From: Octopus bimaculoides
Taxonomy: Eukaryota
DNA length: 44,123 nt
Direction of reading: 5' to 3'
NCBI RefSeq assembly: GCF_001194135.2
Contig: NC_068996.1
Location: forward strand, 5,913,705 to 5,957,827
In this document: piece after piece, positions 11,562 to 23,793 of the stretch
Layout: each line of letters starts with the position of its first letter
How positions within the stretch are numbered: the first letter of the stretch is position 1
Translations under genes and position numbers: made by a program
The notes under the pieces: generated by a model
Seen by the model: only the letters and a program-made list of their open reading frames with translations
Database searches by the model: none
Told to the model about the DNA's origin: nothing

Positions 11562-12057
11562 NNNNNNNNNNNNNNNNNNNNNNNNNNNNNNNNNNNNNNN
11601 NNNNNNNNNNNNNNNNNNNNNNNNNNNNNNNNNNNNNNNNNNNNNNNNNNNNNNNNNNNNNNNNNNNNNNNNNNNNNNNNNNNNNNNNNNNNNNNNNNNN
11701 NNNNNNNNNNNNNNNNNNNNNNNNNNNNNNNNNNNNNNNNNNNNNNNNNNNNNNNNNNNNNNNNNNNNNNNNNNNNNNNNNNNNNNNNNNNNNNNNNNNN
11801 NNNNNNNNNNNNNNNNNNNNNNNNNNNNNNNNNNNNNNNNNNNNNNNNNNNNNNNNNNNNNNNNNNNNNNNNNNNNNNNNNNNNNNNNNNNNNNNNNNNN
11901 NNNNNNNNNNNNNNNNNNNNNNNNNNNNNNNNNNNNNNNNNNNNNNNNNNNNNNNNNNNNNNNNNNNNNNNNNNNNNNNNNNNNNNNNNNNNNNNNNNNN
12001 NNNNNNNNNNNNNNNNNNNNNNNNNNNNNNNNNNNNNNNNNNNNNNNNNNNNNNNNN
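11562..12057. other. assembly gap (N run)
   Basis: N run. Confidence 0.99.
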
Positions 12058-12078
12058 TATATATATATACATATATTG

Positions 12079-12120
<42 letters not shown>

Positions 12121-12129
12121 CATCATGAT

Positions 12130-12560
12130 CATCATTGTTGTTGTCGTCATTTTTCTCCATGCTTGCATGAATTGCAACAGGTCTTCTCTAACACAGTGTC
12201 TCGCCACTTGTCGCGGTCCCTTGACATCTCCTTCACGGGGATCAGCTCTCTGAGATTAGATTTCACTACCCTTCTTCCCATGTCTTCTCTCATTTTTCCC
12301 TCCTTCCTGTAATTTTCATTCACTTACATCTCCAGGCACTTCTTTACTCGACTGTCATCCCCCATATGTATCACATATCCATACCAATCCACTAACCTTT
12401 CCTATCCATACTACAGCTGATTCATCTTATACATAGTTCTCACAGCTCATTTGTGTTCTGTCATTCATATATATACTGATGCTATACATCCAATGAAGCA
12501 TACTAGTCTCATTTATTTCCGGCCTTCACACATCTTATGTAAAGGTACATGGCTTAGAGC
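12130..12560 (-). mobile_element. old, degenerate RTE LINE 3' end
   Basis: Minus-strand WYGYVIHMGDDSRVKKC...SRDRDKWRDTVLEKT parallels the RTE end at 3319-3480. Confidence 0.6.
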
Positions 12561-12589
12561 TGCACTCTCAACCATCAGATAGTCACCAT

Positions 12590-12835
12590 CATCATCATCA
12601 TTTAATATCCATTTCCCATGTTGGCATGAGTTGGATGCCTTGGCAGGAGCCAAGAAGCAACTGCCAGGAACTGCTCCAGGTGCCATAGTCTGTTCAGGTC
12701 ACAATTTCAATCCCAGGACTGGGCAGTTGGCATGAGTTGGATGCCTTGGCAGGAGCTAAGAAGCAACTGCTAGGAACTGCTCCAGGTACCATAGTCTGTT
12801 CAGGTCACAATTTCAATCCCAGGGCTGGGCAGTTT
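12590..12835 (-). mobile_element. diverged RTE-tail-like repeat with a 106-bp tandem duplication
   Basis: catcatcatttaatatccatttcccatgttggcatgagttggatg resembles 2700-2745; repeat units start at 12621 and 12727. Confidence 0.55.
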
Positions 12836-13575
12836 GTTGTGTTCTTGAGCATAACACCTTATTTTATATGGCTCCAGTCTGCTCAGCTGCAAATAACAGG
12901 ATGCCTGTCCATTCTCTGTTTGGCTGGCATCCTGTTCAGGTGAAATGTTGTGGTCCCAGTCATTTATATGACATGGAAACCAGATAAACATCCATATGAG
13001 TTTTAAGACTTGAAGAAGTAATATCCATGGAACTGGAATTTTTCACTTGTAATACTCACTTTCCACTTGTAATACTCCACACTCTTTCCACTTGTAATAC
13101 TCATATTTTCACATCATGCTTTGTACATAAACGACATACAACCTGCCTTTCTGTCACAGACTGCAAGCATTAAAAAAATGGGCATTAAAACGGATGTTCC
13201 ATTACCAATTAAGTAACAAAGTTATAGGTAAAGTCCATCAGCAGCTTCAAATGAGAATGTTCAAATGACAATCCATAGCAAGGAATAGTGGAAGTTACCA
13301 GTTCCAATTTTGAATAGAGAATGAATGAGAGCTGAGTAGGAATAATATAGTATAGTGTGAATGAAAGGTGGAATGGTAGATGCACTAGTCTGTAGATATA
13401 TATACTAGTCTGAATAGTTTGTATAGTGGGGCATATACATAGACAGATAGATAGATGGATGAAGGAATAGCAGATGTCAGGTTTTTATCCTCTGATGACC
13501 ACCAGCACTGACCAGGATTCTAAACCTATTTTACTCTGATCTTGCCTTCATTTTTGACAAACTGGACTATGCTAT

Positions 13576-13891
13576 TTACATTATTTACATTATTTACATT
13601 ATTTACATTTGACAGATATTTATCCTCATCGTGTTTGTTGTTAACACGTTTCAGCTGATATGCCTTCCAGCTTTCATCAGTTGTCTTGGGGAAATTTCAA
13701 ACCTGGGTTCTCATTCCTAAGGTGTTTTTCGATGTTCTTATTCTCCTTCTTCTTCTTCTTCTTCTTCTTCTTCTTCTTCTTCTTCTTCTTCTTCTTCTTC
13801 TTCTTCTTTTCTCCTCCTCCTCCTTCTTCTTCTTCTTCTTCTTCTTCTTCTCCTCCTCCTCCTCCTCCTCCTCCTCCTCCTTCTTCTTCTT

Positions 13892-13922
<31 letters not shown>

Positions 13923-14080
13923 TTATTATTATTATTATTATTACTATTATTCAGGTCACTGCCTGGAATCGAACTCGGAATCTTGGGGTTAGTAGCCCAC
14001 ACTCTCAACCACTACACCATATGCCCGTGTAAATAATGTAAATAATGTACATAATTCCTCATCTCTTAAATATAGAACTG
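13576..14080 (-). mobile_element. tRNA-headed, hammerhead-bearing SINE-like element with a short inverted terminal copy (Penelope-like structure)
   Basis: Minus strand: tRNA-like head 14026-13955 (A box TGGTGTAGTGG, B box GAGTTCGATTCC), (AAT)n(AAG)n, body, hammerhead motif at 13685-13643, (AAATAATGT)n. 14028-14080 on the + strand is the family 3' end plus tail. Confidence 0.8.
13643..13685 (-). ncRNA. degenerate minimal hammerhead motif
   Basis: Reverse complement GACAA-CTGATGA-A-AGCTG-GAAGGCATAT-CAGCT-GAAA-CG-TGTT; stem II fully paired, 3-nt deletion at the cleavage site. Confidence 0.45.
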
Positions 14081-14534
14081 TATGGACTACACTAATTTCC
14101 CCAATTGGACTGAACTTGAAACCACATGATCATACAATCACAGTGCAAACCTCACAGCAACACACCCTTTCCAACTCCTGTAATTGATTGCTTTACTTCT
14201 TTATCATTACATTTATCATCTATCGACTAACATTATTGATCAATATAGCACAACAAGATTATCTTTCAAGTACACACCACAGCATTCCAGTGAGGATTTA
14301 TCCAGAACATTTTAAGCATACTTAAGAACTACAGAATACATGAGACCTTTCTGTTTTCCAAAGAAGCTGAAATATAGGCAGTAAGCACAAAGTTAACCTG
14401 ATGACACTACATTAGCATTTTAATTGATGTCCACCTGTGGCTGTCCTTGTTCTATGACACAAACTTTCTGTTAAAATTACCTAAATTAAAATATTCCATT
14501 ATAATTTAATGTTAATTTATGATTCAAACACCAG

Positions 14535-14762
14535 CTTAAACCTTTGACATTTGAACCAGTCTTATCCAGCCGAAATATTCTACCTGTTTTATGTTCAAAT
14601 CAGCCAGATTCCGTCTTTCACACCTACCCTACAATGTCATTCTAAAAATATATAATCATATCATCAAAATCTTGAAACTACAAAATAATACATTATTATT
14701 GAAAACAATTTGAATAAATAAGCATTACATGACAAAATAATCAGAATGCTAAACAGTTAATA
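14535..14762. mobile_element. piggyBac-like MITE (TTAA-flanked), copy 1
   Basis: Ends ttaaacctttgacattt...aatgctaaacagttaa; homologous to 15412-15640. Confidence 0.55.
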
Positions 14763-15099
14763 ATGACAAAGTTATTTTACAAAATACTTCGTCATTTTCA
14801 AAATTAGTTGAAACAAAGACAAAAAAATGGTAACAAAAGGGTTGATGAGTAGGTAGGGGTGTAAAAAAATTTCCAAGATGTTTTAGGAATAGAACTGCAA
14901 TTTGACAGTTTCCAAATCTCTGATGTTATAAATGTTTTATCCAGCAGTTAAACTTAACCCTGGGTCAAGTTTGATTGAACAGACTTATGTTTAAATGAAA
15001 CCAGGACCATTCATATCTAGGATTGCATACATTATCCAAAATGTCTGTGGTTTGTTGGCAGCATGAGCTAATATAATTTGAGTGAAGTTTAGTGCTTAT

Positions 15100-15405
15100 T
15101 TCTAGATGGTCGACTGAACCTGTAGAGTAGTAATTGGGTCCAATCCCACCGTGTGGCACCTTAAGCAAGTGTCTTTTATTATAACATCAGACCAACCAAT
15201 ACCTTTTTATGGAAACTGTATGGAAGCCCAGGGTGGGGAGGGCCGTTTGTCCCCACATCACTTGACAATCAGTACTGGTTTGTGTACATCCCTGAAACTA
15301 AGACTAAATATCAGACTTTAAAATGTGTACTGGTGTTGAGTTAATCAACTAAACCCTTCAAGATGATGCCCCAGCATGGCCAGAGTCCAATGACAGAAAG
15401 AAGTA
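15100..15405 (+). mobile_element. degenerate CORE-like tRNA SINE (family of 5693-6104)
   Basis: gtggcaccttaagcaagtgtc...ccccagcatggccagagtccaatgacagaaag. Confidence 0.6.
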
Positions 15406-15411
15406 AAGAAT

Positions 15412-15640
15412 TGGTTTAAATCTTTATCATATAAACCGGCCATATTCATCCCAAACATTCTTCCATTTTTATGTTCAAACCAATCAGATCCAGCCTCTCA
15501 CACCTACCCTACAATTTCAGTATAAAAATAAACATTCACATCATCAAAATCTCAAACCTATGAGATAATGCATGATTAATTCAAAACAATTTGAATAAAG
15601 AAGAATTACATTTCACAAAGTGATCTGAATATTAAAGAAT
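15412..15640. mobile_element. piggyBac-like MITE, copy 2 (more diverged)
   Basis: Shares ttttatgttcaaa..cacacctaccctacaat..aaacaatttgaataaa with 14535-14762. Confidence 0.5.
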
Positions 15641-16129
15641 TGTACATTTTAGTCATAAGACAAACCACAACCACTCAAAGAAACTCTGTAGCCCTCACCC
15701 CTTGTAACACTGCTTTGACATATGATAAACTGTATGAGCTTATAACTTCTCCCAAGTGAGTATCTTTTCTCAGGTTTAGAACCACTCCCATAGAGATCTC
15801 ACTGTCTTGTGAATGGGATTTGCTGTTGTAATTGTTTAGCCCATTCATGTGTCCTGACAAAGGCAAATTCTGCAGTCAAAGACATTCCAACACTGTCTTA
15901 TTTTCAAGAATAGTATACCACTGATTATATTTCCAATTTGTCATATTTTTAAGATAGTGGGTTTTGATTTAGCTGCTATTTCTGTTTCTAACAGGCTGGA
16001 TCTTGGACGGGTGTATGTGGGTTGGGTGATACAAGCTACATTTGTTAGTTTGCATAAAAAGAAAAGAAAACACAAAATCCTATCCAAAAATAAATATAAA
16101 AAAATACCAACTAAATTATGGCTGAGCAA

Positions 16130-16600
16130 TAACAGCTTACTCAAAGTAGCCATCCTCAGCTTCCACCATGGCCTCAAAATGGCTCTGGAACCTGGCACAT
16201 GCATACCTCAGTGTGTCCTTGAGAAGATCTTCAAACACCTCTTGGCCACCGACTCAGCTTTGGTGTTGCAGAGAGAGTGGTCAGTGGCTTTCTCAACTGT
16301 GCTCCACACATTATAATGCATGGTATTACAAGCAAGGGAATTAAGAGACAAGAAATTGGGGCTTGTGACATCAAAGAAATTCTCTGACAACTGCTTCTGA
16401 GTCTTTCTGAAGGTATATCAGAAACCTTACTTCCATTGCAGTTGTCCATGTCATATCTCACAGTCTTTACAGTGTTCTCAGAGCATTGAGCAGCAGTCAC
16501 AATGTTCGCATCTTTTATATCCAGCAAGAATCATCACCATACAGATAATTCCTTTCCAATATTCAGACGACCTCCAGTCCTGCATGTCAGCTGACTTTTT
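16130..16600 (-). pseudogene. internally deleted Tc1/mariner (maT/DD37D-like) transposase relic
   Basis: An N-terminal HTH-like segment (MILAGYKDANIVTAAQCSENTVKTVR) is joined to a decayed SPDxNPxDYxVW motif (SPNFLSLNSLACNTMHYNVW) and the C-terminus ACARFQSHFEAMVEAEDGYFE*. Confidence 0.7.
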
Positions 16601-17706
16601 CTCAAATACAACTTTAACATCTATAGGAGAGTATTGTAGTTAGCTTGAAGCATTGTGTAATGTTTGTAAAGAATAAAAAGTTTAGAATGGTACAACAATG
16701 CACTACAATACAAAAAATGGACTATATACCTGTTGTAATTTAGTTATCTATAGTCAGATGATATTTTGGAATACAATTCCTTCTTCAGATATTCTTAGAT
16801 GGAGTCTCTGCTATAAACTGTTTTGCAACAGTTTTCTTTTTTCCGGAAGCGTCTCAGTAGTGGTCTTACGAATCTCCTTCCGGAATTCCTCATGAGAAGT
16901 GTGTGAGTTCGGCTACGTCTCAATCTCATGTGTGTTGTTACATCTGTAGCGCTGCTTCTAAGTTATGTATTGTATGTGCAGCTTCCTTTTTTTTCCTTCT
17001 TTTTTCCTCTTTTTTTTTGTTTTTTTGTTATAAACAATACATGAGCATGTTATTAAGAATGAACCTACACGCATCCAGATGTAGTTTAGTAATATATTGA
17101 TTACCAACCTCCAGCCTGTTGTTAATTTGGGGTCCTAGTCTGTGTATGAGTATAGCTTCCTTAATTCTTAAATTACCCAAATTTCTTTCATTGGCCTCAA
17201 TTGTGACTGTTATCTATGCTGTCCAATGCCCTTAAATGTTCACCAATATATCAAGCAGTTTCCGAAGAAAAAAGAGAGACATAATTGTCAAAATTACCCT
17301 GAATACACAGTAAATGTATTTTTGGAAACTAATTTAAAGAAATAGAAATTGTAATACAAAGTTATCATTATGTTATGTGTGAGTATGACGGGGGTTGTAA
17401 CAATTCTCAATTTTCTTCAAGTTTATAAACAAAAGATTAACATGAAACTATTAGAGGAAGGTTAAATTACTCTGGTTGACCTTTGCATTGGTTCAAACTG
17501 CAGATCTTAATTCTAAGAAAGAGGTCAAATATTTGGGATGAGTTATTATTTTTGTTCAGATGTCAAATGTTTACAAGACTAAGGTTAGCAATTGTTGTGA
17601 ATTGGCGAAATATTTGTATATCTGGAAATATAATACAGACACACGCAAAAAATAAATGCATGTATTGATTCGTGTGTGTGTGTGTGCATATATACACATA
17701 TATATA

Positions 17707-18225
17707 NNNNNNNNNNNNNNNNNNNNNNNNNNNNNNNNNNNNNNNNNNNNNNNNNNNNNNNNNNNNNNNNNNNNNNNNNNNNNNNNNNNNNNNNNNNNNN
17801 NNNNNNNNNNNNNNNNNNNNNNNNNNNNNNNNNNNNNNNNNNNNNNNNNNNNNNNNNNNNNNNNNNNNNNNNNNNNNNNNNNNNNNNNNNNNNNNNNNNN
17901 NNNNNNNNNNNNNNNNNNNNNNNNNNNNNNNNNNNNNNNNNNNNNNNNNNNNNNNNNNNNNNNNNNNNNNNNNNNNNNNNNNNNNNNNNNNNNNNNNNNN
18001 NNNNNNNNNNNNNNNNNNNNNNNNNNNNNNNNNNNNNNNNNNNNNNNNNNNNNNNNNNNNNNNNNNNNNNNNNNNNNNNNNNNNNNNNNNNNNNNNNNNN
18101 NNNNNNNNNNNNNNNNNNNNNNNNNNNNNNNNNNNNNNNNNNNNNNNNNNNNNNNNNNNNNNNNNNNNNNNNNNNNNNNNNNNNNNNNNNNNNNNNNNNN
18201 NNNNNNNNNNNNNNNNNNNNNNNNN
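17707..18225. other. assembly gap (N run) flanked by (TA)n
   Basis: N run. Confidence 0.98.
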
Positions 18226-18226
18226 C

Positions 18227-18275
<49 letters not shown>

Positions 18276-18487
18276 TACACACATTTATACATATATATAT
18301 CCATATGCACATGCACTTTCATGTATATACATACAAACATACACTTCGACTTATGCGTACATACACACACACAACAACACATACACGCACACACGCACAA
18401 GGCCATGCCCACTAATTTAACTTTCCTCCAACAGTTCCTTGATGCTGAACATGAAACAGTCACACAACAATTAGAAGTTAAGCAGCA

Positions 18488-18490
<3 letters not shown>

Positions 18491-18546
<56 letters not shown>

Positions 18547-18610
18547 NNNNNNNNNNNNNNNNNNNNNNNNNNNNNNNNNNNNNNNNNNNNNNNNNNNNNN
18601 NNNNNNNNNN

Positions 18611-18660
<50 letters not shown>
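18491..18660. repeat. (GA)n microsatellite with internal gap
   Basis: Direct reading. Confidence 0.95.
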
Positions 18661-18662
<2 letters not shown>

Positions 18663-18984
18663 AGAATTGTGCAGAACTTTGAATATTAGGAAAGGGAGAC
18701 CATGAAGCCGGAGTGCTGATGGTATCTTGAGGAACAGGGAAGCTGAAGCTGGAATATTCTGTCCTGGTATAGACAGGAGAGAAGAGTTAGGTTAGAGATA
18801 GAGGATAAGGCAATGTGTTTCACACAAGAATGGTAGATCAAGAATTTGTGTTAGTAGGAAGTGATAGGAAGGTTATAATTGGACTGAAGTTAATGGAGTT
18901 GGTCGTCAATGAAGGAAGATTTTTCTGAGAATAGTTTTTCAACATAAGTATTCATTAATCTTCATGAAGATGTATCTATATAAG

Positions 18985-19073
18985 CATTCCGCTGAGGTCG
19001 ACTTTGCCTTTCATCCTTTCAGGGTTGATTAAATAAGTACCAGTTACGCACTGGGGTCGATGTAATCAACTTA
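18985..19073 (+). mobile_element. SINE fragment (family of 33415-33658) running into (TATG)n
   Basis: gaggtcgactttgcctttcatcctttc...gtaccagttacgcactggggtcgatgtaatc. Confidence 0.8.
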
Positions 19074-20760
19074 TGTATGTGTGTGTATGTATGTATGTAT
19101 GTATACGTATGTATGTATGTATCTATATGTATGTATGTATGTATGTATGTATGCATGAATGTATGCATGTGTGTATGTATGCATGTATGTGTGTACGTAT
19201 GTATGTATGCATATACGTATGTATGTATGTACGTATATATGTATGTATGTATGTATGTGTGTGTATGAATATATGTATGTGTGTATGTATGCATGTATGT
19301 GTGTGTATGTATGTATGTATGTATGTATGTATGTGTGTGTGAATGTATGTATGTATGTGTATGTATGTATGTACGTATGTATGTATGCATGTATGTATGT
19401 ATNNNNNNNNNNNNNNNNNNNNNNNNNNNNNNNNNNNNNNNNNNNNNNNNNNNNNNNNNNNNNNNNNNNNNNNNNNNNNNNNNNNNNNNNNNNNNNNNNN
19501 NNNNNNNNNNNNNNNNNNNNNNNNNNNNNNNNNNNNNNNNNNNNNNNNNNNNNNNNNNNNNNNNNNNNNNNNNNNNNNNNNNNNNNNNNNNNNNNNNNNN
19601 NNNNNNNNNNNNNNNNNNNNNNNNNNNNNNNNNNNNNNNNNNNNNNNNNNNNNNNNNNNNNNNNNNNNNNNNNNNNNNNNNNNNNNNNNNNNNNNNNNNN
19701 NNNNNNNNNNNNNNNNNNNNNNNNNNNNNNNNNNNNNNNNNNNNNNNNNNNNNNNNNNNNNNNNNNNNNNNNNNNNNNNNNNNNNNNNNNNNNNNNNNNN
19801 NNNNNNNNNNNNNNNNNNNNNNNNNNNNNNNNNNNNNNNNNNNNNNNNNNNNNNNNNNNNNNNNNNNNNNNNNNNNNNNNNNNNNNNNNNNNNNNNNNNN
19901 NNNNNNNNNNNNNNNNNNNNNNNNNNNNNNNNNNNNNNNNNNNNNNNNNNNNNNNNNNNNNNNNNNNNNNNNNNNNNNNNNNNNNNNNNNNNNNNNNNNN
20001 NNNNNNNNNNNNNNNNNNNNNNNNNNNNNNNNNNNNNNNNNNNNNNNNNNNNNNNNNNNNNNNNNNNNNNNNNNNNNNNNNNNNNNNNNNNNNNNNNNNN
20101 NNNNNNNNNNNNNNNNNNNNNNNNNNNNNNNNNNNNNNNNNNNNNNNNNNNNNNNNNNNNNNNNNNNNNNNNNNNNNNNNNNNNNNNNNNNNNNNNNNNN
20201 NNNNNNNNNNNNNNNNNNNNNNNNNNNNNNNNNNNNNNNNNNNNNNNNNNNNNNNNNNNNNNNNNNNNNNNNNNNNNNNNNNNNNNNNNNNNNNNNNNNN
20301 NNNNNNNNNNNNNNNNNNNNNNNNNNNNNNNNNNNNNNNNNNNNNNNNNNNNNNNNNNNNNNNNNNNNNNNNNNNNNNNNNNNNNNNNNNNNNNNNNNNN
20401 NNAAGTTTCTGCCAGCATGCAGCCATGCATGTATGTATGCATGCATATATGCATGCATGTGCATGTGTACATGTCTATATACGTATGCATGTATGTATGT
20501 ATGCATGTACATGTGTATGTATGTAAGTATGTATGTATGCATGTATGTATGTAGGTATGTATGTGTGTATTTATGCATGTATGTATATATTCATGCAGGT
20601 ATGTATGATTGCATACACGTATGTATGTATGTGTGTATGCATGCACCTATATATATATGTGTGTACATATGTATGTGTATATGCATTGTATAGTTACATA
20701 TATTATGTATGAATACATGTGCGAGTGTATGTGTGTGTGTGTGTGTGTGTGCGTGTGTGT
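19074..20760. repeat. (TATG)n/(TG)n simple-repeat field spanning a 1000-N gap (19403-20402)
   Basis: Direct reading. Confidence 0.9.
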
Positions 20761-20763
20761 GTA

Positions 20764-21060
20764 GCTGCATAGTGTGTGTAACAAGTTTGTTTCACAACCA
20801 CATGGTTTTAGGTTCAGTCCCACAGTATGGCCCATTTGTCAAGCATCTTCTTCTACAACCCAAGGGTACCAAAGTCTTATGAATGGTTTTGGTTTGGGTA
20901 AACAGAAACTGAAAGAATTCCATTGCATGTGTATATGTGTATGTGTGTTTGTGCATATGTGTGTGTGTATGTGTAGTACATGTGTGTGTGTGTGTGTGTG
21001 TTTGCATATATGTGTGTGTGTATGTGTTTGTGTATGTTTGCATGTGTGTGTGTGTGTTTT
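20764..21060 (+). mobile_element. 5' half of CORE-like tRNA SINE followed by its internal (TG)n tract
   Basis: caaccacatggttttaggttcagtcccac...aaacagaaactgaaagaa matches the reverse complement of 5940-6100. Confidence 0.7.
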
Positions 21061-21181
21061 TGGGAATATGTGTGCATTTGTATCTTCTTCTCTTGGAATT
21101 GGTTTGTAAACAAAATTTTCTTCACTTCTTTCTCTCCTCTTCTTTCTTTTCCCTTCATTTTTCTTCTCTTCTTTCTTCTTC

Positions 21182-21212
<31 letters not shown>

Positions 21213-21682
21213 CCACCACCACCACCACCACCACCATCACCATGTTCCACTCAAAGATGGCAATTTGACATTTACATACAAATGGAAGACACATGTGAAC
21301 TTTGTATGGCATTAAAGAAACAAAAACAAACAGGACTGTAGCTAACTGATTACATCTTTATTTGTGTTTTATTATTATTTTTTTTTTTTAAATCAGGTAC
21401 TTAACTATGAAATAAATGAACTACTGATGTTAATCACTTAGAGGCACCATACTTAAACTACNNNNNNNNNNNNNNNNNNNNNNNNNNNNNNNNNNNNNNN
21501 NNNNNNNNNNNNNNNNNNNNNNNNNNNNNNNNNNNNNNNNNNNNNNNNNNNNNNNNNNNNNNNNNNNNNNNNNNNNNNNNNNNNNNNNNNNNNNNNNNNN
21601 NNNNNNNNNNNNNNNNNNNNNNNNNNNNNNNNNNNNNNNNNTATATATGTATATGTATGTATATATATATATATGTATATAG

Positions 21683-21684
21683 AC

Positions 21685-21760
<76 letters not shown>
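21683..21760. repeat. (GATA)n microsatellite
   Basis: Direct reading. Confidence 0.95.
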
Positions 21761-21779
21761 GTATACGTTTGCTTCTGAT

Positions 21780-22020
21780 TTTCAGTGAAAAGAAAATGTA
21801 GTCCTGATGTAGTTTTGCATGCTGATGACAAATGTTGCATTCATTCTTTCTAGAACTTAATAATAAAAAAGTTACAAACCTTTGCAGTTTTGTAATATTC
21901 ATACATAACTTTAAATACTTGTAACTTCTTTATAATTAATTTCTAGAAAGAATAAATGCAGTTTCTGTCATCAGCATGAAACTACATCAGAACTATACCT
22001 TTTTTTCTTTTTTCTGAATA
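21780..22020. mobile_element. foldback/MITE-like inverted repeat
   Basis: ctgatgtagttttgcatgctgatgaca..ttctttctagaa is inverted as ttctagaaagaa..tgtcatcagcatgaaactacatcag. Confidence 0.65.
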
Positions 22021-22229
22021 AAATTTGAATAAAATTTGAAAAATTTCAAGTGGTTGAAAATATATTTTTAGAACACAGATCATTTGCAGTTATTTTTAAT
22101 CAACATTAGGGTATAATAAGCTAAATTAGCTGATAACAATTCAGTGCTTCACACTAAAATTCCTTTTAAAGTTTCCATAGAAATATATTTTATATATCTA
22201 GTTTTAGTTGGTGCTGGCATACATAATAT

Positions 22230-23790
22230 AGTGAATGTTAAATACCAGATTGGAAACGATTATGTAGTTAGGGAAGCGATTTTAATAATTTAAGCAAACA
22301 AGGGAGGTAATTCTGACAATGTTTAGGCCTTATCAGACTTCCTCAGAGCCAAAATAAAGATGAGAGAATGAGAATCAGTAAGTAAATGTGTAATATTATA
22401 CATAGAATAGTTAAATTGGTGATACATTTAGGTCTCTCTGATTAATTAACTTAAGGTATTTTGTTATTTCATGCTCTGACCACTTATTCTCTTTTCTGAA
22501 TTGATATATTCGTCTACTATATAACTTAAATATTGTTTGTCATATTGCATCTGCAAAAGTACATAGGACTTATCTCCCTTTATGCTTTATATTTAATTTT
22601 ATATATGTGGTTGGAAAAGCTTCAGTTGGACTCGAAAGACCATGGCTCTGCTCCTGGAGAATTTTGTATCAGCTGCAGATGAAACGTTTGCTGTGGCTGT
22701 ACAGGTCTGGACATGAGTGGTAGTCTTGGATGCAAGACTACATTTGATGATGCTTTCCATCGGTGCTATTGAGTTTTCCTTTCTTCGAGAGAGCTTTTCT
22801 TCGGTGGCAAATTTTAGTTTCAGTTTCTCTTTCTCTCGCGAGTAAGTATGAATCTAATATTTTCAGTTCAAACTATCTCGAAGTTGTACCATCATTAAGG
22901 GAGCGAACAGAAGGCTAAACTAGTTGGTGATGCCAGACAATAGAAAACTCGGTTGCTAAAGTAAAGGGTATTTGAGAGTTTTCTGTCCAGAAAAGGATGA
23001 AAAATCGACGGCAGCAGAAGCAGCAGTAACAACAGTGAGTCCCAGATGCGTAAACTTTGACTGCTGTTAAGAATGTTCACAGAGCATAACTCCAGGAATA
23101 GTCATAGAGGAAGCAAACGAAATCACCTCGAATTCGGCGCCAGCAGCAGCAGTATGGAGTTGAAAAATCAAGTCTTCTTCTCCAAGCAGGACCGGCCAAC
23201 AGTTACAAACATTAATACTAATCATTGTCTGCTGAGATTGGAATGAACCGAGACAGAAGCAGGGGGTCTACTAAAAGAAACAGCACAATCTAGAGATCCT
23301 ACCTACACCGCAGACTACAAACATAAACACATTATTTAACTACTAAGACAGACGCTTTTCCTCTGCCACAGATTTTTCAGACTCAAGAAATCAATTTGAT
23401 AGAATCACCAGAATGGATCCTTGTCAAGAGGAAGAGAAAAAAATAGGAAATAAAAAACGAACAGCTTAGGTGAGAAGAGGAAACTTACAAACCGACAAAC
23501 AATCACATGCTCACTTCACCAAAACGAACACAGCCCAATGCACACCAACAAGAATAGTATCTCCAAACTGATCAAACATAAAAGAGACATCAGTTATACG
23601 GCCGTAGACACAAACAATAAAGACTTAACATAGACATCGGCACACAAAACATTACTCACAACCACATCACACTGCCATATAATATCCCAACTCACGTTGA
23701 AATTAGGAAAATTGGTGAAAGAAACATAACAGACTGAAAGCAAAATATAGTAAACTAATGGGAGAAATCCGAGTAAATATTACTAAAAGT
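22230..23790. mobile_element. possible highly degenerate Penelope-like element (pLTR-like block with hammerhead relic; ITLPY-containing segment)
   Basis: Minus strand ~22350-22310 reads CTGAGGA-A-GTCT-GATA-AGGC-C-TAAAC; + strand ITLPY at 23666-23680. Weak; no RT motifs recovered. Confidence 0.3.
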
Positions 23791-23793
23791 TTT

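Noticed and set aside
17560-17583. 24-nt candidate microexon (ttcag|ATGTCAAATGTTTACAAGACTAAG|gttagc)
   Set aside because: Splice-like signals of this strength arise by chance, and no partner exons were found.
433-21902. Long ORFs in the track (poly-X, IY, HT, ER, poly-L/S)
   Set aside because: They run through N gaps or microsatellites and have no recognisable domains.
22600-22760. 53-aa minus-strand ORF MESIIKCSLASK... as a first exon
   Set aside because: No recognisable homology and no convincing splice donor.
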